64,000 bases of DNA. It comes from Candidatus Kryptoniota bacterium. Its GTDB lineage: Bacteria > Bacteroidota > Ignavibacteria > Kryptoniales > JAKASW01. Position 1 is the first letter of the stretch; every line of letters starts with the position of its first letter. The translations under genes were made by a program, and so were the position numbers. Positions 19,810 through 30,407 of this stretch are shown piece after piece. The notes under the pieces are model-generated. The model saw only the letters and a list, made by a program, of their open reading frames with translations, was not told the origin of the DNA and made no database searches. Where the stretch lies: assembly GCA_046706745.1 (NCBI GenBank), contig JBJKPC010000010.1:27139-91138 (forward strand), given 5' to 3'.

Positions 19810-21516
19810 ATGAATCATTACGTAATAGGCCTTGATTTTGGAACGAACTCTTGCAGATCGCTGATCGTGGACGCCGGCGACGGCAGGGAGCTGGCATCTC
19901 ACGTCTTCCCGTATCCTTCCGGTGCAGATGGCGTGATCATCAACAGTGCAGATCCCAACCTGGCCAGACAGAACCCCGCGGACTATCTTAAGGGCATAGA
20001 GGTAACGATCAGGGAAGCACTTAAGAAAGCCTCTGCCAACGACCCCAGATTTACGCCTGAGAATGTCATCGGAATCGGAGTCGACACGACCGGGAGCAGC
20101 CCGATGCCGGTCGATTCAGATGGGATACCGCTTTGCTTCGTCGACTCGCTGAAAGATAATCCGGCAGCGTATGTCTGGCTTTGGAAGGACCACACAAGTT
20201 TCCGCGAAGCAGAGCAAATCACCTCTCTGGCATCGAGAATCCGTCCTCAATATCTCGACAAGATCGGCGGGACCTATTCTTCCGAGTGGTGGTGGAGCAA
20301 AATACTGCATTGCAAGAACGTTGCCCCCGAGGTCTTCAAAGCCGCACAGAGCTGGGTAGAGATATGTGACTGGATACCCGCTCACCTCGCGGGCGAGCTC
20401 AACCCTGGGAAGATCAAGCGAAGCGTGTGCGCAGCCGGACACAAAGCCATCTACAACCGGAGCTGGGACGGCTTGCCGGACGAAGAATTCCTCAAGGAAC
20501 TCTCGCCCGGTCTTGAACAACTACGCAGCCGACTCTACGACACGGCATATACATCCGACCAGCGTATCGGTTACCTTTCGAAAGAGTGGGGAGGGAAACT
20601 TGGACTGCCGACAACCGTGGCGATAGCGGTGGGAGCATTCGATGCGCATATGGGTGCGGTCGGCGCGAGCATCGCTCCCGGTACCCTCGTGAAGATTATG
20701 GGCACAAGCACATGCGACATCATGATTTCGCCGTCGCAAGAGAAATTAAAAGATATACCGGGTGTATGCGGAATAGTGGATGGCTCTGTGATGAACGGCT
20801 ACTACGGAATCGAAGCTGGCCAGTCGGCGGTCGGTGATATCTTCCTCTGGTTCGTCAACAACCTGACGCCCGAAAAATACGGCAGGACGCCCGATGAGAA
20901 ATTCGCCGGCCTCAATGAGGCCGCAGCCGCCCTCAAGCCTGGCGAATCCGGGCTGATTGCCCTCGACTGGAACAACGGCAACCGGACCATTTTGGTGGAC
21001 GTTCGTCTCTCGGGACTTCTCCTAGGACAGACACTTCACACTCAGCCCCACGAAATATACCGTGCGCTGCTCGAAGCGACTGCTTTCGGGGCCCTTGAGA
21101 TAATCGACCGCATCGAAGAATATGGCGTGCCGATCAAAGAGGTCGTGAACTGCGGAGGTCTCGCTTCCAAAAACCCATTGTTGATGCAGATCTATGCCGA
21201 CATAACGGGGAGGCCAATGAAGATATCAAGAAGCGACCAGACACCGGCGCTCGGCGCGGCGATATTCTCGGCGGTTGCAGCGGGAAAGGATGCTGGAGGG
21301 TATGCGACAACTACGGAAGCGGAAAAAGCAATGACTGGTACCGGAATAGTATTTGAACCGATAGCCGCAAATCACGAAGTTTATAGAAGACTCTATGCGC
21401 TCTATCGCCAGATGCACGACGGCTTCGGAACCAGGAGCTGGTCGGGAAGCATGTACAATGTCATGAAGGATTTGTTGAACATAAGGGACGAGGTAAGGAG
21501 AAGCAACGGTGCTTGA
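19810..21516 (+). CDS. araB: ribulokinase
   Basis: 568 aa FGGY-family kinase with N-terminal IGLDFGTNS. Its length and its position beside araD and araA fit AraB. Confidence 0.9.
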   Translation: MNHYVIGLDFGTNSCRSLIVDAGDGRELASHVFPYPSGADGVIINSADPNLARQNPADYLKGIEVTIREALKKASANDPRFTPENVIGIGVDTTGSSPMPVDSDGIPLCFVDSLKDNPAAYVWLWKDHTSFREAEQITSLASRIRPQYLDKIGGTYSSEWWWSKILHCKNVAPEVFKAAQSWVEICDWIPAHLAGELNPGKIKRSVCAAGHKAIYNRSWDGLPDEEFLKELSPGLEQLRSRLYDTAYTSDQRIGYLSKEWGGKLGLPTTVAIAVGAFDAHMGAVGASIAPGTLVKIMGTSTCDIMISPSQEKLKDIPGVCGIVDGSVMNGYYGIEAGQSAVGDIFLWFVNNLTPEKYGRTPDEKFAGLNEAAAALKPGESGLIALDWNNGNRTILVDVRLSGLLLGQTLHTQPHEIYRALLEATAFGALEIIDRIEEYGVPIKEVVNCGGLASKNPLLMQIYADITGRPMKISRSDQTPALGAAIFSAVAAGKDAGGYATTTEAEKAMTGTGIVFEPIAANHEVYRRLYALYRQMHDGFGTRSWSGSMYNVMKDLLNIRDEVRRSNGA

Positions 21517-22204
21517 AGAATTGAAAGAGAATGTGTGGAAAGCAAATCTGGACTTGGTTAAATACGGTCTCGTTGTTCTCACCTGGGGAAACGTGAGCGG
21601 AATCGACAGGAAAAAAGGCCTCATTGTAATCAAGCCGAGTGGAGTCGACTATGAGACAATGACTCCGTCCGACATGGTAGTTCTGGATATGGAGGGAAAG
21701 ATCGTCGAGGGTACCAAGCGACCTTCCTCGGATACTCCGACACATATCGAGCTCTACAGGGCTTTCACAGCGATCGGCGGGGTCACTCATACCCACAGCA
21801 CTAACGCCGCTGCGTTTGCGCAGGCGAAAAGAGAAATTTCGTGCATGGGTACCACGCACGCCGATCATTTTGCCGGATCCATTCCGATCACCCGTTTCTT
21901 AACGAAGCAAGAAATAGAAGAAGGCTACGAGCTCAACACCGGCACGGTTATCTTGGAAAAGTTCAAGGGAATAGATTATCAGACTATTCCAGGAGTTCTC
22001 GTGGCGGGACATGGCCCTTTTTGTTGGGGCAAAGACGCACACGACTCCGTAAAGAACGCACTTATACTCGAACGGGTTGCCGAGATAGCTCTGAAGACTC
22101 TGTCCATTGATGCAGACGCCGGAGAGCTACCTGATCATGTTCGGAACAAACACTACCAGAGAAAACACGGCAAGGACGCCTATTACGGTCAGGAAGGCTA
22201 CTAG
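21509..22204 (+). CDS. araD: L-ribulose-5-phosphate 4-epimerase
   Basis: 231 aa. The N-terminus MLEELKENVWKANLDL parallels E. coli AraD. GTG start with an AAGGAG RBS, overlapping the araB end by 8 nt. Confidence 0.92.
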   Translation: MLEELKENVWKANLDLVKYGLVVLTWGNVSGIDRKKGLIVIKPSGVDYETMTPSDMVVLDMEGKIVEGTKRPSSDTPTHIELYRAFTAIGGVTHTHSTNAAAFAQAKREISCMGTTHADHFAGSIPITRFLTKQEIEEGYELNTGTVILEKFKGIDYQTIPGVLVAGHGPFCWGKDAHDSVKNALILERVAEIALKTLSIDADAGELPDHVRNKHYQRKHGKDAYYGQEGY

Positions 22205-22257
22205 CCTTCGCCGTCAATCACAGAGTATTGGAAAGAATTACAAAAAGGGATTGAATA

Positions 22258-23763
22258 ATGATAGACATAAGTAAACTCGAGATATGGTTTGCCACGGGAA
22301 GCCAGCATCTTTATGGACCGGAGACTCTCAAACAAGTAGACAAGGACTCCCAAGCCATCGTTGACGGATTGAACAAGTCCGGAAACATTCCGCTGAAGAT
22401 AGTCTTTAAACCCGTGCTCACAAGCCCGGAGGCCATCAAGACTCTCTGTTCGGAGGCCAACAACAGTCAACAGTGCGTCGGCCTTATAACGTGGATGCAT
22501 ACATTCTCTCCGGCAAAGATGTGGATCGCAGGCCTCGGAATTCTGGCGAAGCCTTTCCTGCATCTTCACACACAATACAATCGCGACCTACCATGGGATT
22601 CGATCGACATGGATTTCATGAATCTGAACCAGTCGGCACATGGCGACAGGGAGTTCGGATTCATCGCTTCCCGGATGGGTAAGAGGAGGAAAGTAATAGT
22701 AGGCCACTGGCAGGACAAAGGTGTCCAGTCCGGAATAGCTGTATGGTCCCGTGCTGCCGCGGCATGGCACGATTTGCAGGGAGCGAAGTTCGCGCGGATC
22801 GGAGATAACATGCGCGAGGTCGCAGTTACCGAGGGCGACAAAGTCGAAGCACAGATGCGTCTCGGATATTCCGTGAACGGATACGGCGTGGGCGATCTCG
22901 TCAAGTATGTCGAGGCTGTATCCGACCAGGATGTAGAGAAACTTCTCGCGGAATACGCAGACAAATACACCGTCTCTTCCGAGGCTCAAAAGAACGGCAA
23001 GAGTTACGGCAACCTTCGCGACGGCGCCAGGATCGAGCTGGGTCTAAGAGCTTTTCTGAAGGAAGGCGGGTTCAAGGGCTTTACCGATACTTTCGAAAAT
23101 CTCCAAGGTCTGAAGCAGCTGCCGGGACTCTCTGTGCAGAGACTGATGGCCGACGGGTACGGCTTCGGCGCCGAGGGAGACTGGAAGACGGGAGCTCTCG
23201 TGAGGGCAATGAAGGTGATGTCCGCAGGACTCAAAGGCGGCACGTCGTTCATGGAAGACTACACTTACCACATGGACCCCAACGGGATGAAGGCACTCGG
23301 TGCTCACATGCTCGAGGTCTGCGAATCGATTGCGGAAGCGAAACCGAGACTCGAGATTCACCCGCTGTCCATAGGCGGAAAGGAAGATCCCCCGCGGCTG
23401 GTATTCAATGTGGCGCCCGGACCGGCAGTCAACGCCACGATTGTCGATATGGGAAACCGATTTCGCATGATTGTCAATGAGATCGAAGTAGTTCCGCCGG
23501 ACAAACCGCTTCCAAAGCTGCCGGTAGCGCGTGCGGTGTGGACCCCGAAACCGAACTTGCAGGTTGCCGCCTCCTCCTGGATATACGCCGGGGGCGCCCA
23601 TCATACGGGCTTCAGCAAAGCACTGACTTCCGAATATCTGGAGGACTTCGCGGAGATCGCAGGGCTTGAGTATCTCCTCATCGGCAACGACACGAAGCTT
23701 TCCGATTTCAAGAAAGAGCTCCGGTGGAACGAAATGTATTACCAGTTCGGAAGGGGGCTTTAG
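22258..23763 (+). CDS. araA: L-arabinose isomerase
   Basis: 501 aa. N-terminal [13 protein letters not shown] and overall colinearity with AraA. Confidence 0.93.
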   Translation: MIDISKLEIWFATGSQHLYGPETLKQVDKDSQAIVDGLNKSGNIPLKIVFKPVLTSPEAIKTLCSEANNSQQCVGLITWMHTFSPAKMWIAGLGILAKPFLHLHTQYNRDLPWDSIDMDFMNLNQSAHGDREFGFIASRMGKRRKVIVGHWQDKGVQSGIAVWSRAAAAWHDLQGAKFARIGDNMREVAVTEGDKVEAQMRLGYSVNGYGVGDLVKYVEAVSDQDVEKLLAEYADKYTVSSEAQKNGKSYGNLRDGARIELGLRAFLKEGGFKGFTDTFENLQGLKQLPGLSVQRLMADGYGFGAEGDWKTGALVRAMKVMSAGLKGGTSFMEDYTYHMDPNGMKALGAHMLEVCESIAEAKPRLEIHPLSIGGKEDPPRLVFNVAPGPAVNATIVDMGNRFRMIVNEIEVVPPDKPLPKLPVARAVWTPKPNLQVAASSWIYAGGAHHTGFSKALTSEYLEDFAEIAGLEYLLIGNDTKLSDFKKELRWNEMYYQFGRGL

Positions 23764-23853
23764 GACGTTAACGAAATCGGACTTTTCCGCGACGGTCGGG
23801 GACGACAGACTGTGCGCGGACCTGCTCGAATAGAAATCGGGACCCGGCAATGA

Positions 23854-23878
23854 AATCTGTGAGTTGCTGAAACAGATT
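23854..23878 (+). terminator. hairpin downstream of araA (possible terminator)
   Basis: AATCTGT / ACAGATT 7-bp stem with an 11-nt loop, followed by CGGTTTCTT. The stem is modest and the U-tract imperfect. Confidence 0.35.
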
Positions 23879-23927
23879 CGGTTTCTTACCTAATCGTTGG
23901 TAAATTCCAGGCAAATAGGAGGGAACT

Positions 23928-24434
23928 ATGCCTGCAATGGAGCTTGCCGGTCTGATTTCAGCAATCAGGAGCGCCATCGACATCGTCAAGGAGTCAAGAT
24001 ATACTCATGACGACCAAAGGCTCATGCGAGCTCAAACAGAGCTGCTTGAAGAACTCATCGGAATCCACCAAACAGCTCTTTCCCTTCAGGATCAGCATGC
24101 TGCCCTTGTCAGTGAAAATGCCGAGCTCCAGAAGAGGTTAGCGGAATCTGACAAATGGGATGAGGTAAAATCGGGCTACAGGCTTCTTGAGGTTCAAAAC
24201 GGGAAATTTGTCTACTCTCTAAAAAGCCCTCAAGTGTCTCCCGAGCCGATCCATTGGCTCTGCGCAAACTGCTTCGAAGACAGAAAGAAATCCATATTAC
24301 AGGCGGTGATTAAGAATGACTTCGACGCTTTATACGCCTGCCCCCGATGCAAAACAAATCTGTACCTTCATTTCAAAGACTACCCATCACAAAGCAGGAA
24401 GAGATTTCGACTTTTTGGGAAATCGATCGAGTAG
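23928..24434 (+). CDS. hypothetical protein, coiled-coil N-terminus plus C-terminal CxxC...CxxC zinc-ribbon-like motif
   Basis: 168 aa with a strong RBS (AGGAGG). Contains CANC...CPRC cysteine pairs. I recognise no family. Confidence 0.6.
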   Translation: MPAMELAGLISAIRSAIDIVKESRYTHDDQRLMRAQTELLEELIGIHQTALSLQDQHAALVSENAELQKRLAESDKWDEVKSGYRLLEVQNGKFVYSLKSPQVSPEPIHWLCANCFEDRKKSILQAVIKNDFDALYACPRCKTNLYLHFKDYPSQSRKRFRLFGKSIE

Positions 24435-24581
24435 GGAGGGGAGCTAGTGCAGGATTTCAGACAGTGCGGAGACAGTCTTGCCTCTCTTGTGCTCGTCAAG
24501 CCACCTACCAAGGTTTTAAGTGGCCCCCACACAGCACCTACCCGTCTTCTTACGTACTAAGATGTAAGTGCATTACATTTG

Positions 24582-24656
24582 TGGGCAGTACAGGATTCGA
24601 ACCTGTGACCCCATGCGTGTAAGGCATGTGCTCTAAACCAGCTGAGCTAACTGCCC
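24582..24656 (-). tRNA. tRNA-Val (anticodon TAC)
   Basis: Cloverleaf folded by hand. Acceptor GGGCAGT/ACTGCCC, D stem GCTC/GAGC, anticodon stem CATGC/GCATG with loop CTTACAC, T arm ACAGG-TTCGAAT-CCTGT. 75 nt, CCA not encoded. Confidence 0.93.
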
Positions 24657-24708
24657 GGCGGAACTTATCTTCAACCGACCATAACGGTGGGTTGCGCTTT
24701 CGCTTCTG

Positions 24709-24780
<72 letters not shown>

Positions 24781-25130
24781 AAATAGAAACTTCAACTGCA
24801 GGAAGAACTTCAGTAAAACGTTTTCGTCCCGGCCCTTCCTGTAGCGTCGGCATTCGGACTTCATCCCGCCGACGAAGGGAACAGAATCACCCGCGCACCT
24901 CAAACAAGATCAGAATCAAAATAGGGACGAAGGCTCACGACCCTTCACATGACAGCTCAAATATGCACCATAAATCCGTCAGTTTCAATAGAATAAGTTC
25001 AATTTGAACGCCACCGTCGCCCGTCAGGCCGCTTTCCCTGCAACGAAAACAGGGGAGAAGATCTTGTCCAAGCAACTCCTTTTCAGTGGGTGATTCCTTT
25101 TCTTATGATTCGAAAGGTGCAAGTTAAGAG

Positions 25131-25159
25131 TTGACTTATTAATACTAATTAGTTATATT
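25131..25159 (+). promoter_or_regulatory. sigma70-type promoter TTGACT-17-TATATT for the marR operon
   Basis: Near-consensus -35 (25131-25136) and -10 (25154-25159) with a 17-bp spacer, about 37 nt upstream of the marR ATG. Confidence 0.55.
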
Positions 25160-25182
25160 TGAATTAGTTGATTCGTAATTAG
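25147..25182. repeat. three phased AATTAG(TT) direct repeats (15-bp period), candidate MarR operator
   Basis: AATTAGTT at 25147 and 25162, AATTAG at 25177, with exact 15-bp spacing. They overlap the -10 element and the predicted transcription start. Confidence 0.45.
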
Positions 25183-25195
25183 AGGCAACGCCAGG

Positions 25196-25657
25196 ATGAA
25201 GACAACGAAGAAATACGGCAGGAAGGCGGATCTTGCGCTTGGCCTTTGGGTCAAGCTTGCACGCGCCACAAACACGATGTCCACGCTGACGATACGTGAC
25301 ATCGCCGGCTATGGGCTGACGGAAGCGCAGTTCGGCGTCATCGAAGCACTTGGCCATCTCGGTCCGATGAAGGTAGGAGAACTCTGCCAGAAGAACCTTT
25401 CTTCCGGCGGGAACATGACCGTCGTCGTAGACAACCTCGTAAGAGACGGCCTGGCTGAAAGACTCAGATGCAAAGATGACCGACGCGCCTACATTATCCA
25501 GTTAACCGAAAGGGGAGCTCGCTTGTTTCGAGACATCTTCGTTCGTCACGCCCGCTTTGTAACTGAGCTGGTATATTCGGCGCTCAACGAGGAAGAGATC
25601 ACCCAGCTTTCGGCACTCCTCAAGAAACTTGGATTGTCTCTCAAGGAAAGACTCTAA
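25196..25657 (+). CDS. MarR-family transcriptional regulator
   Basis: 153 aa winged-helix pattern (LTEAQFGVIEALGHLGPMKVGELCQK......VVDNLVRDGLAER....DDRRAY.IQLTERG). Confidence 0.85.
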   Translation: MKTTKKYGRKADLALGLWVKLARATNTMSTLTIRDIAGYGLTEAQFGVIEALGHLGPMKVGELCQKNLSSGGNMTVVVDNLVRDGLAERLRCKDDRRAYIIQLTERGARLFRDIFVRHARFVTELVYSALNEEEITQLSALLKKLGLSLKERL

Positions 25658-25691
25658 GCTTAAAGGCATGTTCAAACAGAAGGCTATACAC

Positions 25692-26276
25692 ATGAATGAC
25701 AAATTGCATATTGCAGGAATATCAGGAAGCTTACGAAGAGGCTCTTTCAATACTCTGTTGCTTAACTCCGTTCCGGGTTTGCTGCCAAATGGGGTCGAGA
25801 TGGAAATCGTGGATATTGGGCAGTTGCCGCTTTATAACGCGGATCTCGATATCGATACGCCCCCTCAACAAGTAGACACATTGAGGAGATCGCTGGCTCG
25901 CGCGGACGCGTTTATCCTGGTATCGCCGGAATACAACTATTCGGTGCCGGGACCGCTGAAGAATGCGATTGACTGGGCTTCCCGGGCGAAGCCGTCGCCG
26001 TTTTCAGGGAAACCCGTAGCACTGATGGGCGCGACCCAAGGTATGTGGGGAACGGTCAGGATGCAGCTCGCATTCAGACCGATTTTCCAGTTCCTGAACC
26101 TGATTCCCGTGAATAAACCCGAGGTCCTCGTGGCACAGGCCCCCGCGAAGTTCGATTCAAACGGACATCTGATCGATGAGCAAACAATCTCCATAGTACG
26201 TCAGCAATTGCAGGAGCTCAAAAGACTTGCGAGACAAGCACTAATAGTCAAAGAAATAGTACAAGAAACCAACTAA
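25692..26276 (+). CDS. NADPH-dependent FMN reductase family protein
   Basis: From ATG 25692: MNDKLHIAGISGSLRRGSFN... and SPEYNYSVPGPLKNAIDW are typical of this family. The longer listed ORF overlaps marR and is unlikely. Confidence 0.8.
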   Translation: MNDKLHIAGISGSLRRGSFNTLLLNSVPGLLPNGVEMEIVDIGQLPLYNADLDIDTPPQQVDTLRRSLARADAFILVSPEYNYSVPGPLKNAIDWASRAKPSPFSGKPVALMGATQGMWGTVRMQLAFRPIFQFLNLIPVNKPEVLVAQAPAKFDSNGHLIDEQTISIVRQQLQELKRLARQALIVKEIVQETN

Positions 26277-26296
26277 GAGATGAAAGGACAATAGAA

Positions 26297-26839
26297 ATGT
26301 CAATCTGGAAGATAGATCCCGTTCATTCGGAGGTAAAGTTCAAGGTAAGGCACCTCGTAGTGTCATCGGTCACGGGACAGTTTAATACTTTCGATGCTAC
26401 GGTCGAGTCGGACAAACCGGATTTCAGCGATGCGAGAATAAGATTCGAAGCGGATGTGAACAGCATAACCACAAAGAACGATCAGAGAGATGGGCATCTG
26501 AAGTCGGCAGATTTCTTCGATGCCGCGAATCATCCCAAGCTCACTTTCGTGTCCACTTCGGTAGTGAAGAAAGACGACAATTACGAAGTCACCGGCGATC
26601 TGACAATCCGGGGGACCACGAAACCGATCATGCTTATCGTAAGCTATAATGGGACGGTGAAAGGTCTTGGCGGCGGCGAGGTGGCCGGGTTCGAGATAAG
26701 AGGGAAGGTGAACCGCTTCGACTACGGTCTTCAGTGGAATGGCCTAACAGAGGCCGGCGGTGTCGTTGTCGGCGACGAGGTGAAGCTTGAAATAGAAGCC
26801 GAGCTTAACCGGGTCGAAGAAGCAAAGCAAGCCGCATAA
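26297..26839 (+). CDS. YceI-family polyisoprenoid-binding protein
   Basis: 180 aa with W.IDP.HS.V.F.V.H and TIRG.TKP, characteristic of YceI-like proteins. Confidence 0.85.
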   Translation: MSIWKIDPVHSEVKFKVRHLVVSSVTGQFNTFDATVESDKPDFSDARIRFEADVNSITTKNDQRDGHLKSADFFDAANHPKLTFVSTSVVKKDDNYEVTGDLTIRGTTKPIMLIVSYNGTVKGLGGGEVAGFEIRGKVNRFDYGLQWNGLTEAGGVVVGDEVKLEIEAELNRVEEAKQAA

Positions 26840-26958
26840 GAATCGGCTCAAGCAGCCGACGATTCGCCTTTTGGCGGCATCGCACAGATCTTAATAATGG
26901 TTTCTTATACGAGAAGTGACAGCATATTTCTCACGGGAGATTGATACCTCCAATTGTC

Positions 26959-26989
26959 CGCCCGTCTGTTCGTAATGGACTGACGGGCG
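26959..26989. terminator. hairpin between convergent yceI-like and anmK genes
   Basis: CGCCCGTC / GACGGGCG 8-bp GC-rich stem with a 15-nt loop. No clear U-tract on either strand. Confidence 0.3.
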
Positions 26990-26998
26990 TGACGATCC

Positions 26999-28180
26999 CT
27001 ACGGCAGACAGATTTTCCCAAGCATTGTCCGCCTAGACGCCCCGGTTACGGAAGGGATGTTGGTCGGGTTGCCCGAGATTAGCTCGTTTGCAAGCACCGC
27101 GAAACATACTGCTTCCTTGGCGTCGGACGGAATGCCGGCATTATCCACTGGGTTGACAACCACTCCACTGAAGTGCCGACGCAAAGAATCAAGCATGTAC
27201 GTATTATGAACGCCCCCGCCGCTCACATACAGCTCGTCGATCTCTCCGCGCGGCTTTAGAAATAACAGGTAATTGGCGTATACTGAAGTAGGTGTGAATT
27301 CACTCAGCGTCGCCAAAAGATCTTCCCTCTTTCTATCCTGGTACTTCTCAAGCAGGGAAGAAACAAACGAACGTCCATAGCGCTCTCTTCCGGTAGACTT
27401 CGGGGGTTTCATTCGCACGAAATCATCCATCATCAGCCGGTCGATTATATCACCCTGTATGGTCCCTGTGGCGGCGGTTGCACCGTCCTCGTCGAAATCG
27501 CTATCAAACAACTTCCTCATAAGCTGATCCGCCAGCATATTCCCGGGCCCCGTGTCGAAAGCGAGGACTTCTCCTGCGCCGCATCCTTTCGGCAAATAGG
27601 TAATATTCGCGATCCCTCCGATATTCAATAACGCCCTGGTTTTTTCCTTGGAATTGAACATGATGTAATCAAAGTAAGGCACCAGTGGCGCTCCCTGACC
27701 CCCGAGGGCCACATCGCCCACTCTGAAATCTCCGACGGTCAATATACCAGTTAGCTTCGCGAGGACCGACGGGTCGCCGATCTGCAGGGTAGCCCGAACG
27801 CGTCTGCCGAACATCGGTTCCTCCTCAGGCAAGTGGTGTATCGTTTGTCCGTGCGATCCGATAAGATCCACCTCACCCGTCGACACACCAGCCTCGTCGC
27901 ACAACTTCTTCACACACTCCGCATACAATTCGGCAATGAGGAAATTCAGCCTGGCAATATCCGCTACATCGCCCGACTCTTTCTGCGAGTTCTTCACCAC
28001 GAATTCTTTGAAACCCTGAGGAAATGGAGTGGTAAGGAATTTGAGCTGCTTTAACCTCGTGCCGGATCCACTTCCGGATATCTCGACCAGCACGGCATCG
28101 ATCCCGTCCACGCTGGTACCGCTCATGAGTCCGATCACGAGCCGTGTTTTCTTCTTTGCCAATTCGATGAGCTGTTTCAT
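26999..28180 (-). CDS. anmK: anhydro-N-acetylmuramic acid kinase
   Basis: From ATG 28180: ...VIGLMSGTSVDGIDAVLVEI, plus GSHGQTI, LNIGGIANI and FDTGPGN signatures. Confidence 0.88.
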   Translation of the reverse strand: MKQLIELAKKKTRLVIGLMSGTSVDGIDAVLVEISGSGSGTRLKQLKFLTTPFPQGFKEFVVKNSQKESGDVADIARLNFLIAELYAECVKKLCDEAGVSTGEVDLIGSHGQTIHHLPEEEPMFGRRVRATLQIGDPSVLAKLTGILTVGDFRVGDVALGGQGAPLVPYFDYIMFNSKEKTRALLNIGGIANITYLPKGCGAGEVLAFDTGPGNMLADQLMRKLFDSDFDEDGATAATGTIQGDIIDRLMMDDFVRMKPPKSTGRERYGRSFVSSLLEKYQDRKREDLLATLSEFTPTSVYANYLLFLKPRGEIDELYVSGGGVHNTYMLDSLRRHFSGVVVNPVDNAGIPSDAKEAVCFAVLANELISGNPTNIPSVTGASRRTMLGKICLP

Positions 28181-28239
28181 TGTGGACCCGTTTTCCGTTA
28201 TCTTCTGTCGTGAAAACAAAACCTGACGATAAGGGGGAC

Positions 28240-29103
28240 ATGCTGATCGGAGCGCATATGTCCGTTGCCGGCGGACTTTATACGGCTTTTGAAAGGGCCG
28301 ACCGAGTCGGCTGCCCCGCCATGCAGATCTTTACGAAGAATTCCAATCAGTGGAGCGATCCTCAACTTCTAAATGAAGACATTGCAAAATACCGACAGGC
28401 ACAGAATAAATCAAAAGTCCGGATCGTGGTGTCTCACGATTCCTACCTGATCAACCTTTGCGGTGCGACTCAGGAACTCCTCTCCAGGTCCAGAAAGGCT
28501 TTCATCAACGAGATTGAAAGATGCGCCGTGTTGGGGATCAATTTCATGATATTCCATCCCGGAGCCCACACAACCCAGGACCGCAAGGCCGCCCTGAAGG
28601 TGGTGTCGGAGTCTTTGAATGTTGCCCATGATGCAACTTCCTCTTCCAAAGTGGTTACGCTCGTCGAAACAACCGCCGGACAGGGTACCACCGTCGGAAG
28701 TTCATTTGGCGAGATCGCCGAGATAATTTCTCGAGTCAGTAATCAGGAGCGCGTCGGGGTTTGCATCGATACCTGCCACATTTTCGCCGCAGGCTACGAC
28801 ATAAGAACCCGAAGCAAATATGACAAAACAATGAAGGAATTTGATGACATACTTGGCATTGAGACTCTTCATGCAATTCATTTCAACGATGCAAAGAGAC
28901 CTCTGAATTCCCGCGTGGATCGTCACGAGCACATAGGGAAGGGGGAGATCGGCAAACAGGCGTTCGGTTTCTTCATGAACGACGCGCGGTTGACCGAAAT
29001 CCCGAAGATACTCGAAACGCCCAAGGGAGAAGACGGCTACAGCATGGATATCGAGAACCTCGGGCTTCTTCAATCGCTCGTGAAGAGAAAAGGAACCCCC
29101 TGA
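28240..29103 (+). CDS. nfo: deoxyribonuclease IV (endonuclease IV)
   Basis: From ATG 28240: MLIGAHMSVAGG parallels E. coli Nfo. FHPG, VCIDTCH and HFNDAK metal-site motifs are present. Confidence 0.9.
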   Translation: MLIGAHMSVAGGLYTAFERADRVGCPAMQIFTKNSNQWSDPQLLNEDIAKYRQAQNKSKVRIVVSHDSYLINLCGATQELLSRSRKAFINEIERCAVLGINFMIFHPGAHTTQDRKAALKVVSESLNVAHDATSSSKVVTLVETTAGQGTTVGSSFGEIAEIISRVSNQERVGVCIDTCHIFAAGYDIRTRSKYDKTMKEFDDILGIETLHAIHFNDAKRPLNSRVDRHEHIGKGEIGKQAFGFFMNDARLTEIPKILETPKGEDGYSMDIENLGLLQSLVKRKGTP

Positions 29104-29213
29104 AAATCCTGAAGACATAGATCTCTAAGAAAATGACAGAGCAGGGAAGTCAAAAGACCATCTCTTCGTATGATCCTAACGACCGACTTCTGGTTCCCCG
29201 CGGTTATCCCGAC

Positions 29214-30407
29214 CTAACCCTTAAGCACGCCGAGTTTCTTCCCGATCTTCTCGAAGGCATTGATCGCCCTGTCGAGCTGTTCTCTCGAATGTGCCGCGGA
29301 CAACTGGACCCGGATCCGAGCTTGTCCCTTTGGAACAACCGGGTATGAGAATCCTATGACGTATATCCCTTCTCCAAGAAGCGAGTCGGCGAAATCAGTA
29401 GCAAGCTTCGCCTCGTAGAGCATTATCGGCACAATTGGGTGTTCCCCCGGAGTGATCTTGAAGCCGCGTTTCGTCAATTCGGAACGAAAGTATTTCGTGT
29501 TTGTTTCGAGTCTATCACGCAGCTCAGTGGTGGATTCCAGCAGATCGAAGACCGCGATAGCCGCGCTGACGATCGGGGGAGGTAGCGTGTTTGAAAAGAG
29601 ATAGGGCCTGGATCTCTGTCTTAATAATTCAATTATCTCCTTTCGCCCGCTGGTGAAACCGCCTGACGCTCCACCAGCGGCCTTGCCGAGCGTGCTCGTG
29701 ACCACGTCAACCCGCCCCATGACATTTCTGTACTCAATGCTTCCACGACCTGTCCTGCCGACAAAACCCGTCGCATGGGAGTCGTCGACCATAACAAGGG
29801 CACCGTACTTGTCTGCCAGGTCGCATATTGCGTCAAGCTTCGCTATGTCACCATCCATGGAGAACACACCATCTGTAGCAATCATTTTAAACCTTGTCGA
29901 TGAAGCCTCCTGCAGTTTCGCCTCGAGATCAGACATATCTCCGTGCTTGTACCTGAACCTGTTAGCCTTGCTGCCTCGAATCCCGTCGATTATGCTGGCG
30001 TGGTTCAACTCATCAGAAATTATAGCATCTTCCGCCATCAGCAACGGCTCGAATATTCCTCCATTGGCATCGAAGCAAGCCACATAAAGGATCGTGTCCT
30101 CCATATGCAGGAATTTCGAAATCTTGTTCTCGAGTTCTTTGTGAATGTCCTGAGTGCCGCATATGAATCGCACGGAAGACATACCGTAGCCTCGCTGATC
30201 GAGGCCGCGCTTTGCGGCTTCAACAACTTTGGGGTGGCTCGAAAGCCCGAGATAATTGTTCGCACAGAAGTTCAAAACTTCTTTGCCATTTTCAAGCTTA
30301 ATGGATGCCCCTTGTTGAGAGGCGATTATTCGCTCATTCTTGTAAAGGCCGCTTTCCCGAATGGATCCGAGCTCCTTCTGAAGATGTTTCTTGAAGTCTC
30401 CGTACAT
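29214..30407 (-). CDS. kbl: glycine C-acetyltransferase (2-amino-3-ketobutyrate CoA ligase)
   Basis: From ATG 30407 (RBS GGAG): [26 protein letters not shown] parallels E. coli Kbl. PLP-lysine context TSTLGKA. No tdh gene is adjacent. Confidence 0.9.
   Translation of the reverse strand: MYGDFKKHLQKELGSIRESGLYKNERIIASQQGASIKLENGKEVLNFCANNYLGLSSHPKVVEAAKRGLDQRGYGMSSVRFICGTQDIHKELENKISKFLHMEDTILYVACFDANGGIFEPLLMAEDAIISDELNHASIIDGIRGSKANRFRYKHGDMSDLEAKLQEASSTRFKMIATDGVFSMDGDIAKLDAICDLADKYGALVMVDDSHATGFVGRTGRGSIEYRNVMGRVDVVTSTLGKAAGGASGGFTSGRKEIIELLRQRSRPYLFSNTLPPPIVSAAIAVFDLLESTTELRDRLETNTKYFRSELTKRGFKITPGEHPIVPIMLYEAKLATDFADSLLGEGIYVIGFSYPVVPKGQARIRVQLSAAHSREQLDRAINAFEKIGKKLGVLKG

Noticed and set aside
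23044-23850. 268-aa minus-strand ORF inside araA
   Set aside because: It is antisense to L-arabinose isomerase and has a low-complexity Arg/Pro/Ser-rich translation.
29133-29348. 71-aa plus-strand ORF between nfo and kbl
   Set aside because: Most of it is antisense to the conserved 3' end of kbl, and it has no RBS.
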